A stretch of 64,000 bases of DNA from the human T2T-CHM13v2.0 reference genome, Homo sapiens, in the NCBI RefSeq assembly GCF_009914755.1, contig NC_060930.1; one strand, given 5' to 3'. Each line of letters starts with the position of its first letter. Position 1 is the first letter of the stretch. Below the pieces are notes generated by a model. It did not search any database and was not told the origin of the DNA. It worked only from the letters and a program-made list of their open reading frames with translations. A program made the position numbers and the translations under genes. Shown here piece by piece: positions 16,241 to 29,961 of this stretch.

Positions 16241-18159
16241 TGGGGGCAGTTACCCTTATGCTGTTCTCGTGATAGTCAGTGAATTCTCATGAGATCTGAT
16301 GGCGTTATAAGGGGCTTTTCCCCCTTTGCTCAGCACCTCTACTTCCAGCTGTCATGTAAAGAAGTACATATGTGCTTCCCCTTCCTCCATGATTGTAAGT
16401 TTCCTGAGGCCTCCTCAGCCCTGTAGAACTGTGAGTCAATTAAACTTCTCCTTTATAAATTACTCAGTCTCAGGTATTTCTTCATAGCAGCATTAAAACA
16501 TAAATTGATACCACAGAGAGTGGGATGCTGTTGTAAATCACCCCACTGTCTGTGGTATCTGCTGTTGTCCCCACCTGAAAATGTGGAAGCAACTTTGGAA
16601 CTGGGTAATAGGCAGAGGTTGGAAGTTTGGAGGGCTGAGAAGACAGGAAGATGTGGGAAAGTTTGGAATTTCCTAGAGACTTGTTGAGTGGCTTTGACCA
16701 AAATGCTGATAATGATATAGACATGAAGTCCAGGCTGAAGTGGTCTCATATGGAGATGAGGAACTTCTTGGGAGCTGGAGCAAAGGTGAATCTTGCTATA
16801 CTTTAGCAAAGAGACTGGCAGCATTTTTCCCCTGTCCTAGAGATCTGTGGAACTTTGAATTTGAGAGAGATGATTTAGGGTATCTGGTGAAAGATATTTC
16901 TAAGCAGCAAATCATTCAAGAGGTGACAGAGTATAAAAGTTTAGAAAATTTGCAGCCTGACAATGCAGTGGAAAAAGTAAAAAACACTTTCTAGGGAGAA
17001 ATTCAAGCTGGCTACAGAAGTTTGCATAAGTAGCAAGGAGCCAGATGCTAATTGCCAAGACAATGGGGAACATGTCTCCAGAGCATGTCAAGACCATCAT
17101 GGCAGCCACTCCCATCACAGGCCTGGAGTCCTAGAAGAGAAAAATGGTTTTGTGGGCCAGGGCCAGGGCCCTCCCTGCTTTATGCAGCCTTGGAACATAG
17201 TGCCCTGTGTCTCTGCTGCTTTAGCTCTAGCTGCGGCTAAAAGGGGCCAAGGTACAGCTCAGGCCATTGCTTCAGAGGGTGTAAGCCCCAAGACTTGGAG
17301 GCTTACACGTGGGGTTGGGCCTATGGGTACACAGAAGTCAAGAATTGAAGTTTGGGAACCTCTGCCTACATTTCAGAGCATGTATGGAAATGCTTGGATG
17401 TCCAGGAAGAAGTTTGCTGCAGGGGCAGAGCCCTCATGAAGAACCTATGCTAGCACAATGTGGAAGGGAAATGTGGGGTTGCAGTCCCCATATACAGTCT
17501 CCACTGGGGCACTACCTAGTGGAACTGTCAGAAGAGGGCCACCATCGTCCAGACCCCAGAATCATAGCTCCACAGACAGCTTGCACTGTGTGCCTGGAAA
17601 AGCTGCAGACACTCAACACCAGCCCATGAAAGCAGCTGGGAGGGGAGCTATACCCTGCAAAGCCACAGGGGCAGAGCTGCCCAAGGCCATGGGAGCCCAC
17701 CTCTAGCATCAGTGTGACCTGAATATGAGACATGGAGGCAAAAGAGATCATTTTGAAACTTTAATGACTGATGTATTGGATTTCGGATTTGCATGGGGCC
17801 TGTAGCACCTTTGTTTTGGCCAATTTCTTCCATTTGGAACAGGCATATTTACCCAAAGCCTGTACCCCCATTGCTTACAGGGAGTTACTAACTTACTTTT
17901 GATTTTACAGGCTCATAGAGAGAAGTGACTTGCCTTGTCTCAGATGAGACTTTGGACTTGGACTTTAGGGTTAATGCTAGAATGAGTTAAGACTTTGGGG
18001 GACTATTGGAAGGGCATGATTTTGTTTTGAAATGTGAGGACATGAGATTATGAGGGGCTGGGGTGGAATGATATGGTTTGGCTATGTCCCCACCCAAATC
18101 TAATCCTGAATTATAGTTCCCACAATTCCCACATGTTGTGGGAGGGACCCAGTGGGAGG

Positions 18160-18170
18160 TAATTGAATCA
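18160..18170 (+). promoter_or_regulatory. DUX4-type motif TAATTGAATCA in the THE1C 3' LTR
   Basis: Exact match to TAAYYBAATCA, with TATAA downstream at 18236-18240. Confidence 0.55.
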
Positions 18171-21100
18171 TGGTGGCAGTTACCCTCATGTTGTTCTTGT
18201 GATAGTGAATGAGTTCTCACAAGATCTGATGGCTTTATAAGGGGCTTTTCCTCCTTTGCCTGGCACATCTTCTTCCTGCTGCCGTGTGAATAAAGACATG
18301 TTCACTTCCCCTTCCACCATGATTGTAAGTTTTCTGAGGCCTCCTCAGGCCTGCAGAACGGTGAGTCAATTAAACTTCTTTCCTTTAAAAATTATCCAAG
18401 CTCAAGCCTTTCTTTATAGCATGTGAAAATGAGCTAATACAGATACTTCTTTCTTGCTGTTTTTAGAATTATTTGTCTTTTACTTTTGACAGTTTTACTC
18501 TAACATGCATTGGAAATGAGCTTTCTGAGTTGGATCTTTTTGGGATTCTTTGAGCTCCTTGTATTTGGATGTCTGTGTCTCTTGCAAGACTTGGGAAGTT
18601 TTCTGCTATTAATTTGTTAAATATGTTTTCTATTATTTTGCCCACCTTTTCACCTTCTACAGCACCGAAAATTCATGTATTTCTTCACTTTCTGGTGTCT
18701 CATATATCATATATGCTTTCTTCATTCTTTTTCTTTCTCCTTTTTTTGTCAGACAGGTTATTTTCAAGTTCAACGATTATTTTGCTTATGAAGTCTATTG
18801 TTGAAGATGTCTTTTGTGATTTGATTTTATTTATTGAAATCTCTAGTTCCAGTATTTCAGTTTGATTTCTGTTCTGATGATATCTTTCTCGTCTGAATTT
18901 CTCTTTTAGATCATGTATTGTTTTCCTGACTTTTTTGTGTTGTTTAACCTTTGCTCTCTTGTATCTCACTGTTTCTTCAATATTATTATTTTGAATTTTT
19001 TTTCAGTCATGTCATGAATTTCCTTTTTGTTGGGATCATTTAACGAAGAATTATTGTGTTCCTTTGAAATTGTCATGTTTCCTTGCTTTTTCATATTTTC
19101 ATGTTCTTTACATTGAAATTTGTGCATATGGTACAACAGTTGCTTTTTCAAGTTTTATGGATTGATTTTCATAGGGAAAGACTTTTTTATTGTTGTATCT
19201 ATAATGTTGATTCAATAAGATTATTTTGCTTTGAATGTGGGTATGCACAGTAGGTTAGATTTTGTATGATTTGAGGCAGCTGTAATCAATGTCAAGTTTG
19301 TCTGTGTCTTCCTCATTTGCTTGGGCTGCAGTTGTTAGTGGATGCTGTGGTGAGACTTTGCTGGGGACAGGAGCATCAAGAGGGCAGGTCCTTGGGCACA
19401 GGTTTGCCAGTTCTCTGGCCCCCAGGCAGTGTCCACTGACACCAGTGGTAATATGCCTGGGTGAGCCAGTTCTTGGACTTCCAGGCATATTGCTTGTGTG
19501 TTGTCAGTAGCAGTGGTGGGCTTGGTGGACAGGCATGTCCTCAGGCCTTTGAGTGGTGTACATAGTGGGTGTGGTGGTGGTGGTAGTCTGTGCAAGCCAC
19601 CCCCTACTCCCCATGATGGTGCTTGCATGTCATTGCCAGCAGCAGTGGTGGTAAAGGCAACCTTTCCTCAGGCTTCCCTGTTGAGTGCTGCCAGTGGTGG
19701 TAAGGTCAGGTTGATCTGTTGATCTCTAGGCTCCTAGACATTATGCATAGGTGTCACTGCAAGAGGCTGTAGGCAGGGTGATCCTATCCCCCACTGGTAC
19801 ACATGGGCATGGGCTGACTTGGGTAAGGCAGGCTTACCCCTGGATCTCCAGATGGCATGCTCAGACCTTGGAAGTGGTAACAGTTGGTGGTACAGGCTTG
19901 TCCCAGAACCCCCTTAGGGTGCATGCAGGTGTTCTCTGGCCCTACTGCTGGAGGGGGCAGGGTTACTGTCAGTGGCATCAGTCTCAAGCAGGTGGCTCTC
20001 AGGCTGTAGTGAGTGCATTCTATTACTCTCTCTGTCCTGGAGGCAGCCCATTTCCTAGGCTATAGGACACTGCATGGGTGAGAATGCTTGAGAACTAGCC
20101 CCTCCACTCAGTCCAGCTGGCCTTATGTCACTGCAGCTCTCTGGATAAATGTAGGATGATGTCAGTAGGAATTCAATGATGTGGAGATAGAGAGGCTGTT
20201 GGGCCCCAAACAGTATATAGTTTGGTGGGGGCTGGACTCTCCAAATGGCTCCATGCTGCATCTGCTTGGATCTTGGGGCGTGTGTGGGACCCGTAACAAT
20301 GGAATTGTGTAGATTCCAGGAAACTTTACATGCTAGTCTCAGGGCCCACAAGGGCTTAGGAACTCTCCCACAGCTGGGATTGCAGGAGCCTGCAGTGGGG
20401 ATGTCTGTGGAAAAAGATATTTTTCCCACAATGGAGAGTGCCTCCTGGCTCCAAGCCAATCCTGGCCAGGCTGTCTTCTTTGCTTCTTTCTCTTTCCATG
20501 CTTTAGAGGTTCTCTGTGATTGCCCTGCTGCATCCCAATGTTCTCTCTTAGACACTCTATTTGATGTTTGATTATCTACTGACTGTTTTTGCTCCTGCTT
20601 TGTAGAGAAGGTGAGTGCCAGGTGCCACTTGACAGCTATCTTAAAAGGCTACAAGAACCATTTTTTTTAACGTGTGTATTAACATATGCATCCTAAGTTA
20701 TTCTCCCATTTGCATTATTTTCCGTGCATTTAAGCTAATGTGAATTTCCCAGAATGTATTTAGTTGTACTTTGAAGATTTTGCTAGTTTGATTTTCTAAA
20801 CAGAGATTTGCTGAGTGTTGACTTCCTGTCAACTATAACTCATTCAGTAGCAACACTACTACGGTAACACTTTGGACATAACCGTCTTATAGACATCTCA
20901 TATTGTTCTATAATTATTTACATATGTAACGCTACCATGAATGGTAAGGCCTAAAGTATACAAAGCCGTCCTCTTTGTTGATTGTTATGTAATTTCTGTC
21001 TTAGCACTGTGCTTGACTTAGCCACTAAGGAAGTGTTATTTGAAGAGAATTTATAAAAGCATCAATAAGCCAAAGTCCCTTTCTTGTTCTATACTCCTTT

Positions 21101-21327
21101 TTTAAAAACATTTGTCATCAGGTAAGAACTCTTGCCAGCCACTAATGCAAGAAAGCTTTTTCTGGGACCATTTGGCTTTTTCTGTGACAGATAAATTGCC
21201 CCAGCTGTTTCTTAATAGGAAGATTATAAAAATAGTTAAATTGGGAAAACTATCTCATAGTTTTAAGTCTAGTTCCTTCTCCTAAGCTTTTTATATTACA
21301 TATGAACCTTCCTTAAAAAAATTTCTC

Positions 21328-21438
21328 CCATATAACAAACCTGCTCATGTACCCCCTGAATCTAAAACAAAAGTTGAAATTATTTTTAAAAAAGAAAATC
21401 ATAACTAAGAGAAAATATGTTTACTGTTTATTAAGTGG
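21328..21438 (+). mobile_element. Tiny L1 3'-end insertion (L1PA15/16-like) carrying about 45 nt of non-L1 sequence
   Basis: L1 tail aacaaacctgctcatgtaccccctgaatctaaaa. Perfect 13-bp TSD aaaaaaatttctc at 21315-21327 and 21439-21451, at a tt/aaaa site. Confidence 0.8.
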
Positions 21439-22899
21439 AAAAAAATTTCTCTAGATTATCTTCAGGCACCAGAATTATAGTTAAATGTGAAGTATTTTAT
21501 GAATTGTAGTTAGAAGCAGACTTATTGAATGGTTTATATATTTTTTAACAAAAATTATGTAGAATGTGACAAAGTGTTTGAAATATTAAATAATATCATA
21601 TACTTGTATGATTACTTTTTCTTTATGCAGAAATTTTTAATATTATGATATTTCTTTGTTCTAAAAAGTAATTTATCAAAATTAGTACATAAAGACCTGA
21701 CAAGGGTGACTTACACTGTACCTAAATTATATCGCAACAAACTTGATTAAGAAAGGCAGGTGTGGTGAATGGTGATTGATTGTATTTTTTTTTAAAAAAA
21801 AGAAAGAAACGTAATACAAGTGTCTATAAGAATACGGAATACATACAGCTTTTTTTCTTCTTTTCATTTGTTGTGCAGTTCACTAAGTCTTTCATGTCAT
21901 GTTCTGATAAACTGATTGTATCGAATTAGTGATGATACATAGTAAAAATAGGAATAAAAAGGGATAAATATGATGCCTTTTAATTTCTTTGAGTCAGCTC
22001 TGTTCAGTTGTCTTTTGTAATGTAATAATCTGAGGCTGATAAAATTTGCTTTCAATTTCTAAACAAAATTATTGGAAAGGTTCTGCTCTCTTGTGAGCCA
22101 ATCTTGTTGTCCCTAATCATGGGTTTTGTATCCACTGCTCCTAAAAAGTATACCTGCTCACTTTGGTAAATTTTTCAAAGTTTAAGCACTACCTAGGAAA
22201 TGATTTTAGCCTGTGGCTTTTGCCTGGCTGGGCAGTCACTGATGCTTCTCCAACAAATCTGGCTCCTGTATTTTGCCTGGTTGGGCAGAGTTTGATGCTG
22301 TTATAGAAAATCTTTAGAGTCCTAGGAAGAATATTTTCTGTTGATTTTACCCTCACTGGATATTTAAACATTTGTTTTCCATCAATAATGGACATACAGA
22401 TCTCTACTTTTCAATATATACCATATGTTTCACCAGCTTTGATTTCTTTTCTCAAGCCCTGTCTTAATTACTAGCCTAACACAGTGAAATATTGCATTCT
22501 CTCCCAAGAATACTGCTTTTATGCTTCCTCATGTCTATACGTATCTTCTTTCAGAGATGTAAGTATAAATGTAAGTGATTATAGTCCTCATGGATTCCAA
22601 CACACTCTTTGAGATTTTGTTAACACATAAAATTGATTTGGCCCTTGACTGCCCACATCAGGGAAATCTGGTTCCATTGTCCTACAGAAGGCTAAATTGT
22701 AAGGATTATTCTGAGTTGTTTCAGAGATTAACGACACCTCTCCCTGCTCTTCCTTTAAGTTCTCTGCCTCCTCCTTGTCTCAATGCATCATCACTAAGCA
22801 GAGCAGATACTCCTTGGTAGCAGCCAAACAGACATTTTTTCCTATACCAACAACAATTTTCAAGTCACCTCTCCTGAAGAATGCTGCCATACTCTCTAG

Positions 22900-23165
22900 A
22901 AGGAATTGAGTCTGCAGGATCATCATTCATGGTTCAGCTCATTTCCTGCCCTTCAGCATCTTCTCCCACCCTATGACTATTCCCTTTAGAGTTCTTTTAT
23001 ACAGCATGCTCTCTGCATTGCCATTATTTATTTACTTCTTTATCTCCTTAGATATATACCAGGGACTCTTATAGGTGGAGATCATGTCCTATTCATCCCT
23101 GTATCCCCAGCACCTACCCTTGAGTTAGACACATGAAAGTACCCAATAAATATTTGTGATAGGAC
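22900..23165 (+). mobile_element. L2 3'-end fragment
   Basis: catgtcctattcatccctgtatccccagcaccta...caataaatatttgtga. Confidence 0.55.
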
Positions 23166-24342
23166 AGAAGGAAGGAAGGGACTAGAGCAATGCAGACAGA
23201 CACGTAAAGTTTTAAATTTCTAAGTACCGCCAGCTGAGTTAGTCCTTAGAGAATTTAGCTGCTTTTATTCCAGTTCCTGAACCTTGTTCTTTCACATAAT
23301 AAACACTGTATTAATAAACAGATTGTCTGATCAGTATTGTTTTGTTAAGAACTGCTGTGATGATGGAAGTCCAGACTAACAAACGATCTATTTACTTTTC
23401 ATATGTGCTTGAAAAAGATTTCCAGCTTTAGATTGTAATATTGTAGTATAAAATAGGGAAAGTTTCCTATAAGTGGGGTTGACAGCCCCATAATTTAAGA
23501 CAGTGGTACTGAGAAAGTAGTGCAGCTGCAAGGTACAGTTTTTGAACACTAACTAAAGAGATTTCTGAGAACAGAGGAATGCAAGCTCTATCTATTATGA
23601 ATGCTCTTTGTGAAAAGATCAAGAATTTATATTAATGTGGCATCTATTTTATCACCATATCCACCAGTCTGCTCAATCCAATGACCAAGAAAGTGATAAA
23701 TGTGAGTCAAATCACAGGATGTTTCACCAAAGAAATGTGTGAAGATAAATTTTTAAGGCACTTGGGATTTAATCTATGATGATATTGGGTTAGACACTAA
23801 AAGAGCACATTACTTAGGGATCAGAAAATCACATCAACTTTCCTCTAGAATAGACTTGAACAAGTTTATCCATCTGACATTATTCAGATAACCAGAGAAT
23901 ATGTTTAAATAAAGAAATCAAGCTAGTTTCGTAAATACTGTGTTACATTAGGGTGTTGGAGATAGGGAATTGGTTGATTGGACCTTTTTTCAGTTGTTCA
24001 TGTCTCATAAGACTCTGTTTAACACACACTTACACCTTCTTCAGGGCCTTGTGATATTAGAAAATCTTTAAAATAATCAATTCATATTTAGATTCCTTAG
24101 TACCATCCTTCTATGCAAAAAGGAATTATCTTCTAGATTACTACTGTCTATGAAGGATTTTCTTGATAGGGAACGTAGGTAAGGTTCTTTACACATCTCT
24201 AGATGAGCAATTCACAATCAGCTTGAAATGCCTTCAATAATTCACCACAGTGTAGTACTTGAATAATACTAGTAATTTTTCTCTAGATACAAAGTAGCTT
24301 AAGAGTTGAGACTATTGTTTCACTTTGGGTAAAAATATGACA

Positions 24343-24550
24343 GTAACGATAATAACAGACAGTAGATAACACTTACTTGAACGTGTATACTCCTATGCTG
24401 TGGTTTAAATTTATAATCTTATTCTCCCAGCATCCCAATAGAGGAGTTATTGTTATTATTTCCAAGTTTTAGATGAGGAAAATGAAGTTTAGAAAGGTTA
24501 AATAACTTTCCCAGATCATATAGCTAGTAAATGACTGAACTGGGATTTAA
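24343..24550 (-). mobile_element. MIR SINE
   Basis: Core ttttagatgaggaaaatgaagtttagaaaggttaaataactttcccagatcatatagctagtaa. Confidence 0.75.
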
Positions 24551-27104
24551 TAAAGCAATTAATATACGTTAATTTGATAGCATTCCTTTACAAAGAAGGA
24601 ATTCCCCAAAAGAGTGTTACTTACAAAGTAATATTCTAGTTTCTCAAAGATCTCAACCAACAAGGGCCTCTGCCATATATGTCCTTATTGGGAGTTTCAG
24701 TAGATGTTTGTGTCAGACAAATACAAATCATCCTTTTCTTTTTACGATTCTTGTACAAACTCCTCTTTGTAGGCCTTTTCTTCAGTTTACTCATTTTGCT
24801 ATTACCTTGTTACATAAATTCAGCTTCAAGAAACAGACTTGTGAAAAGTAAAATAGATTAATGAGAAAATCATTATTTTTAAATAAGTCATATAATGACA
24901 ATTTTTTAAAATTATGTTATATATATATATCTTTCACAAATACTTATGTACACAACGTTCATACTTGTTGAACTGTTTCCAATACGAAAAAAGGGTAAAA
25001 TGTCAAGATCCAAAATACTAACAGTTTTAGAACTTTTCATCAAAGTTATCACACATATTAGACATAAACCCTTTAGAACTAGTCTCATGGATTCAACATT
25101 TTAGGCAGATAATGGCCATTATCTGTATAAAGCAAAATGGATTAATACTTACTGAGTCTTTTCATCTTTCTTTTCTGGGCACTTGGATCAAAAGATGATT
25201 CACCAATCTATACCCCTCACTCCCTTTGTACCCTGCCTTACAATTCATCTCTAGGAAATTTCCCCTAATTAACTGTACTCTGCTCTAACCAGAGCTTTAT
25301 ACTCCCTCAGTATAGGCCCAACACCTAGGTTATGGGGAGAGAGAGAGAATATAACACAACCTTTGGAAGAAACATACTTTTAAACCAGTATGTGCTTCTG
25401 TTGTAATCATGAGCTCATTGATTTTATGTATGTAAGTATGTATATAACTTGCATGTGATTTTTTGACTCTGTTCTTGAGCATTTGAGCATTGTTGCAAGC
25501 ATGGTCAGATGCTCTACTGCATTGGGCTCCTAGCTAAGCCCCTGCTTATTTGTTAGCTGCTTTGGTGCTTTCTCCTATGCTTCAGAAGTTTCAAGCTAGT
25601 TAGTAAATGGCTCATAGAGAGTTAACTTCATCCCCTTAGAATTCAGGACTAAAATTGACTGCCTTCTTTACTTTCTACTAAATAAAAAAGGATAATTTAT
25701 TAAAAGTCAGGGTAAGTTTCCTACTGAATTATCATGGTGACAACTGACCTTTTCCTTTAAAGTACCATGTTGAATGCATTCTTTTAGAGACAACTCATTT
25801 TAGTTGTTATTACTTCTGTCCTATAAAATCTGGCACATAGGAAACTGACCGAATGGTATATTATATTCAGTGAACATTTAGTTTAACATTTATGTTATAT
25901 GGCTGTGCTCCTTGACTTAATTTTCTGCTCTGTAATATTCTAAATATTTTCTTTCACTTATTGCCTTTGTAGTAGTAAGAAAAAATGTTGCTTTGTGCTT
26001 TTACCCCTTCCAGAGGAGCTTCTGAACATGTCAGACTACATCTCTGTATGTCCTTGGCTAGTGCTCATTATCAAATTGATTTAATGAACTGTTACATTTT
26101 TATATTTTACAGCATTAAATATAAACATCCAAACTACAAGTCGAACCTCAAATATACAGTCCCCTTTGTTACATTTTTTTTTATCCAAGGAATGTGACTT
26201 TCCTTTTGTCCCTTTAGATCTCTCTGTCTTTTCTGTATCAGAGATAGCAGAATGAAACACCTTTTAAAGAGTAAGGGACCTGAAGATTTCCTTCCCTGCC
26301 TAGATGAAGTCTCAAGGTTTCAATTTTAAAGGACAGAAATGGAAGAAGGGAACTCTGGCATAGTGCAGGAAAGGAACAACCATCCTTTGTGAGTATACTG
26401 GGCTGCACATTGCCATCGGGAATACGACTCTTTCTATTAATCCATGGGTGTCCCTCATTCTCAAGCTTACAAAGAAGCTATTCTACTTCCAAGCACTGCA
26501 TCTATATTTTCAAACAGGAACGTTGATAAAGGGGAATGTGAAACGTGCATATGAACATATTTTGCCAGTCATTAATGAGCTCTCCCAAATGCCTAACTCA
26601 GCTACTTATACTTAGATCTCTTTAACCAACATTAGATAAAAAGACACTCAATAATGTAAATATTTAACTGATCCATTGCCACCTGGAACAAAACTGGAGT
26701 CTGTTGATGAGGAAGAAGGAGAAATGGATATGGCTTACTATCTGGTGATTTTTTTACCAGAAAATTATCTCATTCTCTGAAAGCTCCCCATTATATAAAA
26801 TGTGATTAGATAATGATAAGTAATCATGGGATTGTAGAATTTTCCTGTCCAGCTTTTATCCAACTAAAAGACCTAGATGGAAACAGAAACTGTTAGCATT
26901 GTATCAGATATACACAGCCATCCTGCTTCAGTATCGAGGCTCATTCAGCTGCCTGGAGAATGTTCAGGCAAAACACCTTGATGCTTTCTAGATGAGCACG
27001 TTACACCTACATTGGATATTTTCCAGTGCTGGTGTGGATAAGTCCAGCTTGACTGCTAGTATGTAAAAATTACTCTAAAACTAGTGGAAGAGTATCAGCC
27101 ATCA

Positions 27105-27760
27105 CTTCATCCATGTTGCCATAAATGTTATTGCAAATGACAGTATTTTATTCTGTTTTATGACTGAATAGTATTCCACACACAGACACACATTTTCTTT
27201 ATTCATTCATTATTAGATATGCATTTAAATTGATTCCATATCTTGGCTATTTGTGAATACTGCCGTAGTAAACATGGGTGTGTAGATGTCTCTTTGACTT
27301 AAATGTAAAACCTGAAATTATGAAACTACCAGAAAAAGAAAAACAGGAAATCCTTCATGAAATTGGGCTGATCAAGAATTTTTAAATAAGACCTCAAAAT
27401 ACAGGCAATGAAAACCAAAATAGACACATGGAATCATGTCAAATGGAAAAGCTTCTGAACAGCAAAGGAAAAAAAAATGAAGAAACCCACAATGAGATAT
27501 CACTGCATCTCAGTTAGAATGGCTATTATCAAAAAGCCAAAAAATAATTATTGGCAAGGATGCAGAGTAAAGGGAACTCTTATACACTGTTTGTAGAAAT
27601 GAAATTAGTACATCCAAATTCATATATCCAAATTAGTGCTTCCAAATTTCAAATTAGTACATTATGGAAAACAGTAGGGAGATTCCTCAAAATATTAAAA
27701 TATTTCTACCATATGTTCCAACAATCTCATTACTGGGTATATATATATAGAAAGGAAATA
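27105..27760. mobile_element. Old L1M fragment with an internal inversion (minus about 27105-27297, plus about 27297-27760)
   Basis: The plus segment ends at ...gggtatat...aaaggaaat. The reverse complement of the minus segment begins gtcaaagagacatct, which is adjacent in L1. Confidence 0.65.
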
Positions 27761-27794
27761 TAGTTGTAACTTTTTAAAGTACTTCAATTCCTGT

Positions 27795-28090
27795 TCAATT
27801 CAAAACAATGAATGTGTATTGAGGATCTATTATGGGAAAGAAAGACATAGCTCTAGACTATAGAAATTATAGTGACAAGAACATACGTGCTCCCCTCAGT
27901 ATGAGTCTAAACAGGCAATAAAACAAATATATAACTAACCAGAATATAAGGCAGAATATTTAAAAATCTATAAAATTGTAGGGATCAAGAAAGGCTCAAT
28001 GAATACATGGCATCTGTGATAGGTACTGAAGGCTGATCAGGATGCTGGTAATTGGAGACTGACGATAAAAGTCATTTCAAATCAAGGGAA
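27795..28090 (-). mobile_element. L2 fragment
   Basis: attcaaaacaatgaatgtgtattgaggatctattatg... resembles an antisense L2 tail. Confidence 0.45.
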
Positions 28091-29961
28091 TATTTATTTT
28101 ATATATACATACTTACATTTTTGTGATAAGAACACTTAAAATATACTTCTTAAAACAATTTTCAGGTATATACTTATTGTCATTAACTTTACCATAATGC
28201 ACAACAGGTGTCTTGAACTTATTCCTTGTATCTAACAGAAATTTTGTGTCCGTTGACATCTCTCCAGTACCCTTATTCCTCGGTCTCTGGTAACCAACAT
28301 TTTAGTCTCTGCTACTATGAGTTCAACTTTTTTAGTATCTATATATAAGTGAGGTCATGTGGTATTTGTCTTTTTGTGCCTGGATAATTTAACTTAACAT
28401 AATGTCCTTGGGTTCATCCATGTTATCCCAAATGACAGGATTTTCTTTTCTTTTTTAAGGCTGAATAATAGTTCATTGTATATATATATAGTACATTTTC
28501 TTCACCTGTTCATCTGTTGATGGACACATAAGTTGATTCCCTATGTTGGTTGTTGTGAATAATGCTGCAATGAATGTAGTAGTACAGATATTTCTTTGAC
28601 ATAATGATTTTTATTTTCTTTAGATATATACTCAGTAGTAGAATTACTGGATCATAGGCTAGCAACATTTTTTTGAATTTTTTAGAGGCATCTCTGTTTT
28701 CTGTAATGACTCACCAATCCACATTCCACCCAACAGTTTAGAAGGGTTCCCTTTTCTCCATACCCTCACCAACAGTTATCTCTTATCTTCTTGATGATAG
28801 TCATCCTAACAGGTATGAGGTCATACCTCATTGTGGTTTTAATTTACATTTCCCTGATGGTTGGTAATGTTAATGCATTGTTTCATATACCTATTGGCTG
28901 TTTGTATGTCTTCTTTTGAGAAATGTCTGTTCAGGTCCTTTGCCCATTTTTAATCAGGCTGTTTATTTTTTTACTATTGAATTGTTTGACTTTCTTATAT
29001 ATTTTTAATATTAGCCCTTTATCAGGTATATGATTTGAATATATATTCTCCCATTATGCAAGTTATTTCTTCATTCTGTTTATTGTTTCCTTGGCTGTTC
29101 AGAAGCTTTTTAGCTTAGTATAATTCCATTTGACTAGCTTTTCTTTTCTGGCCTGTACTTTGGGATCATATCCAAAAAATAATTGCCAAGACCAATGTCA
29201 TAGAGCTTTCTCCTTTTTTATGTAGCAGTTTTACAGTTTCAGATCTTAAGTTTAAATGTTTTATCCATTTTGAGTTGATTTTTGTATATGGTGTGAGATG
29301 AGTGTCTAATTTCATTCTACATATGAATATTCAGTTTTCCCAGCATCATTCACTGAAGAGATTGTCCTTTTTCTATTGTATATTTTTGTTCTTTTTTGGG
29401 AAAGCAATTGACCATAAATTTGTGGATTTATTTCTGGTTCACTGTTTTCTGATCCACTGGACTATGTCTGTTGTTAGTCCAATACCATACTGTTTTGATT
29501 ATTATAGCCTTGTAGCAGATTTTGAAATCAGATAGTATGATGCATTCAGCTTTTCCCTATTTGTTTAAGATTGCTTTGGCTATTTGAGGTATTTTATAGC
29601 TCTTCACGATTATTAAAACTTTTTCTCTCTCTTTTTCTGTGACAAAATTCATTGGAATTTTGATAGAAATTGTATTGAATCTGTATATTATTTTGAGATA
29701 CTATAGGCATTTTAACAATTTAATTCTTCCAGTCCATGAACCACAGGCATCTTTCTGTTTAGTTGTATATTCTTCAATATCTTTAATCAGAATTTTATAG
29801 TTTTTAATGTATAGTTTTTTCACCTCCTTGGTTAAATGTATTCTTAAGTATTTTGGATTTTTGTAGCTATTGTGAATGGAATTATTCTCTTGATTGTGTG
29901 GCTAGTTCATTGTTAGTGTATAGAAGCACTACTGATTTTTGTGTATTGATTTTGTATCCTT

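Larger units (their letters stand above)
16139..18441 (+). mobile_element. Two-LTR THE1 (THE1C-like) MaLR element: 5' LTR 16139 to about 16500, internal region, 3' LTR 18069-18441
   Basis: Two homologous LTRs, a purine-rich tract before the 3' LTR, and a perfect 5-bp TSD GATAC at 16134-16138 and 18442-18446. Confidence 0.95.

Noticed and set aside
16453-18268. Many overlapping short ORFs
   Set aside because: Decayed THE1 internal and LTR sequence with no continuous frame.
19200-20645. GC-richer block as a CpG island or gene
   Set aside because: It is CpG-poor and lies where the 5' UTR of the old L1 is expected.
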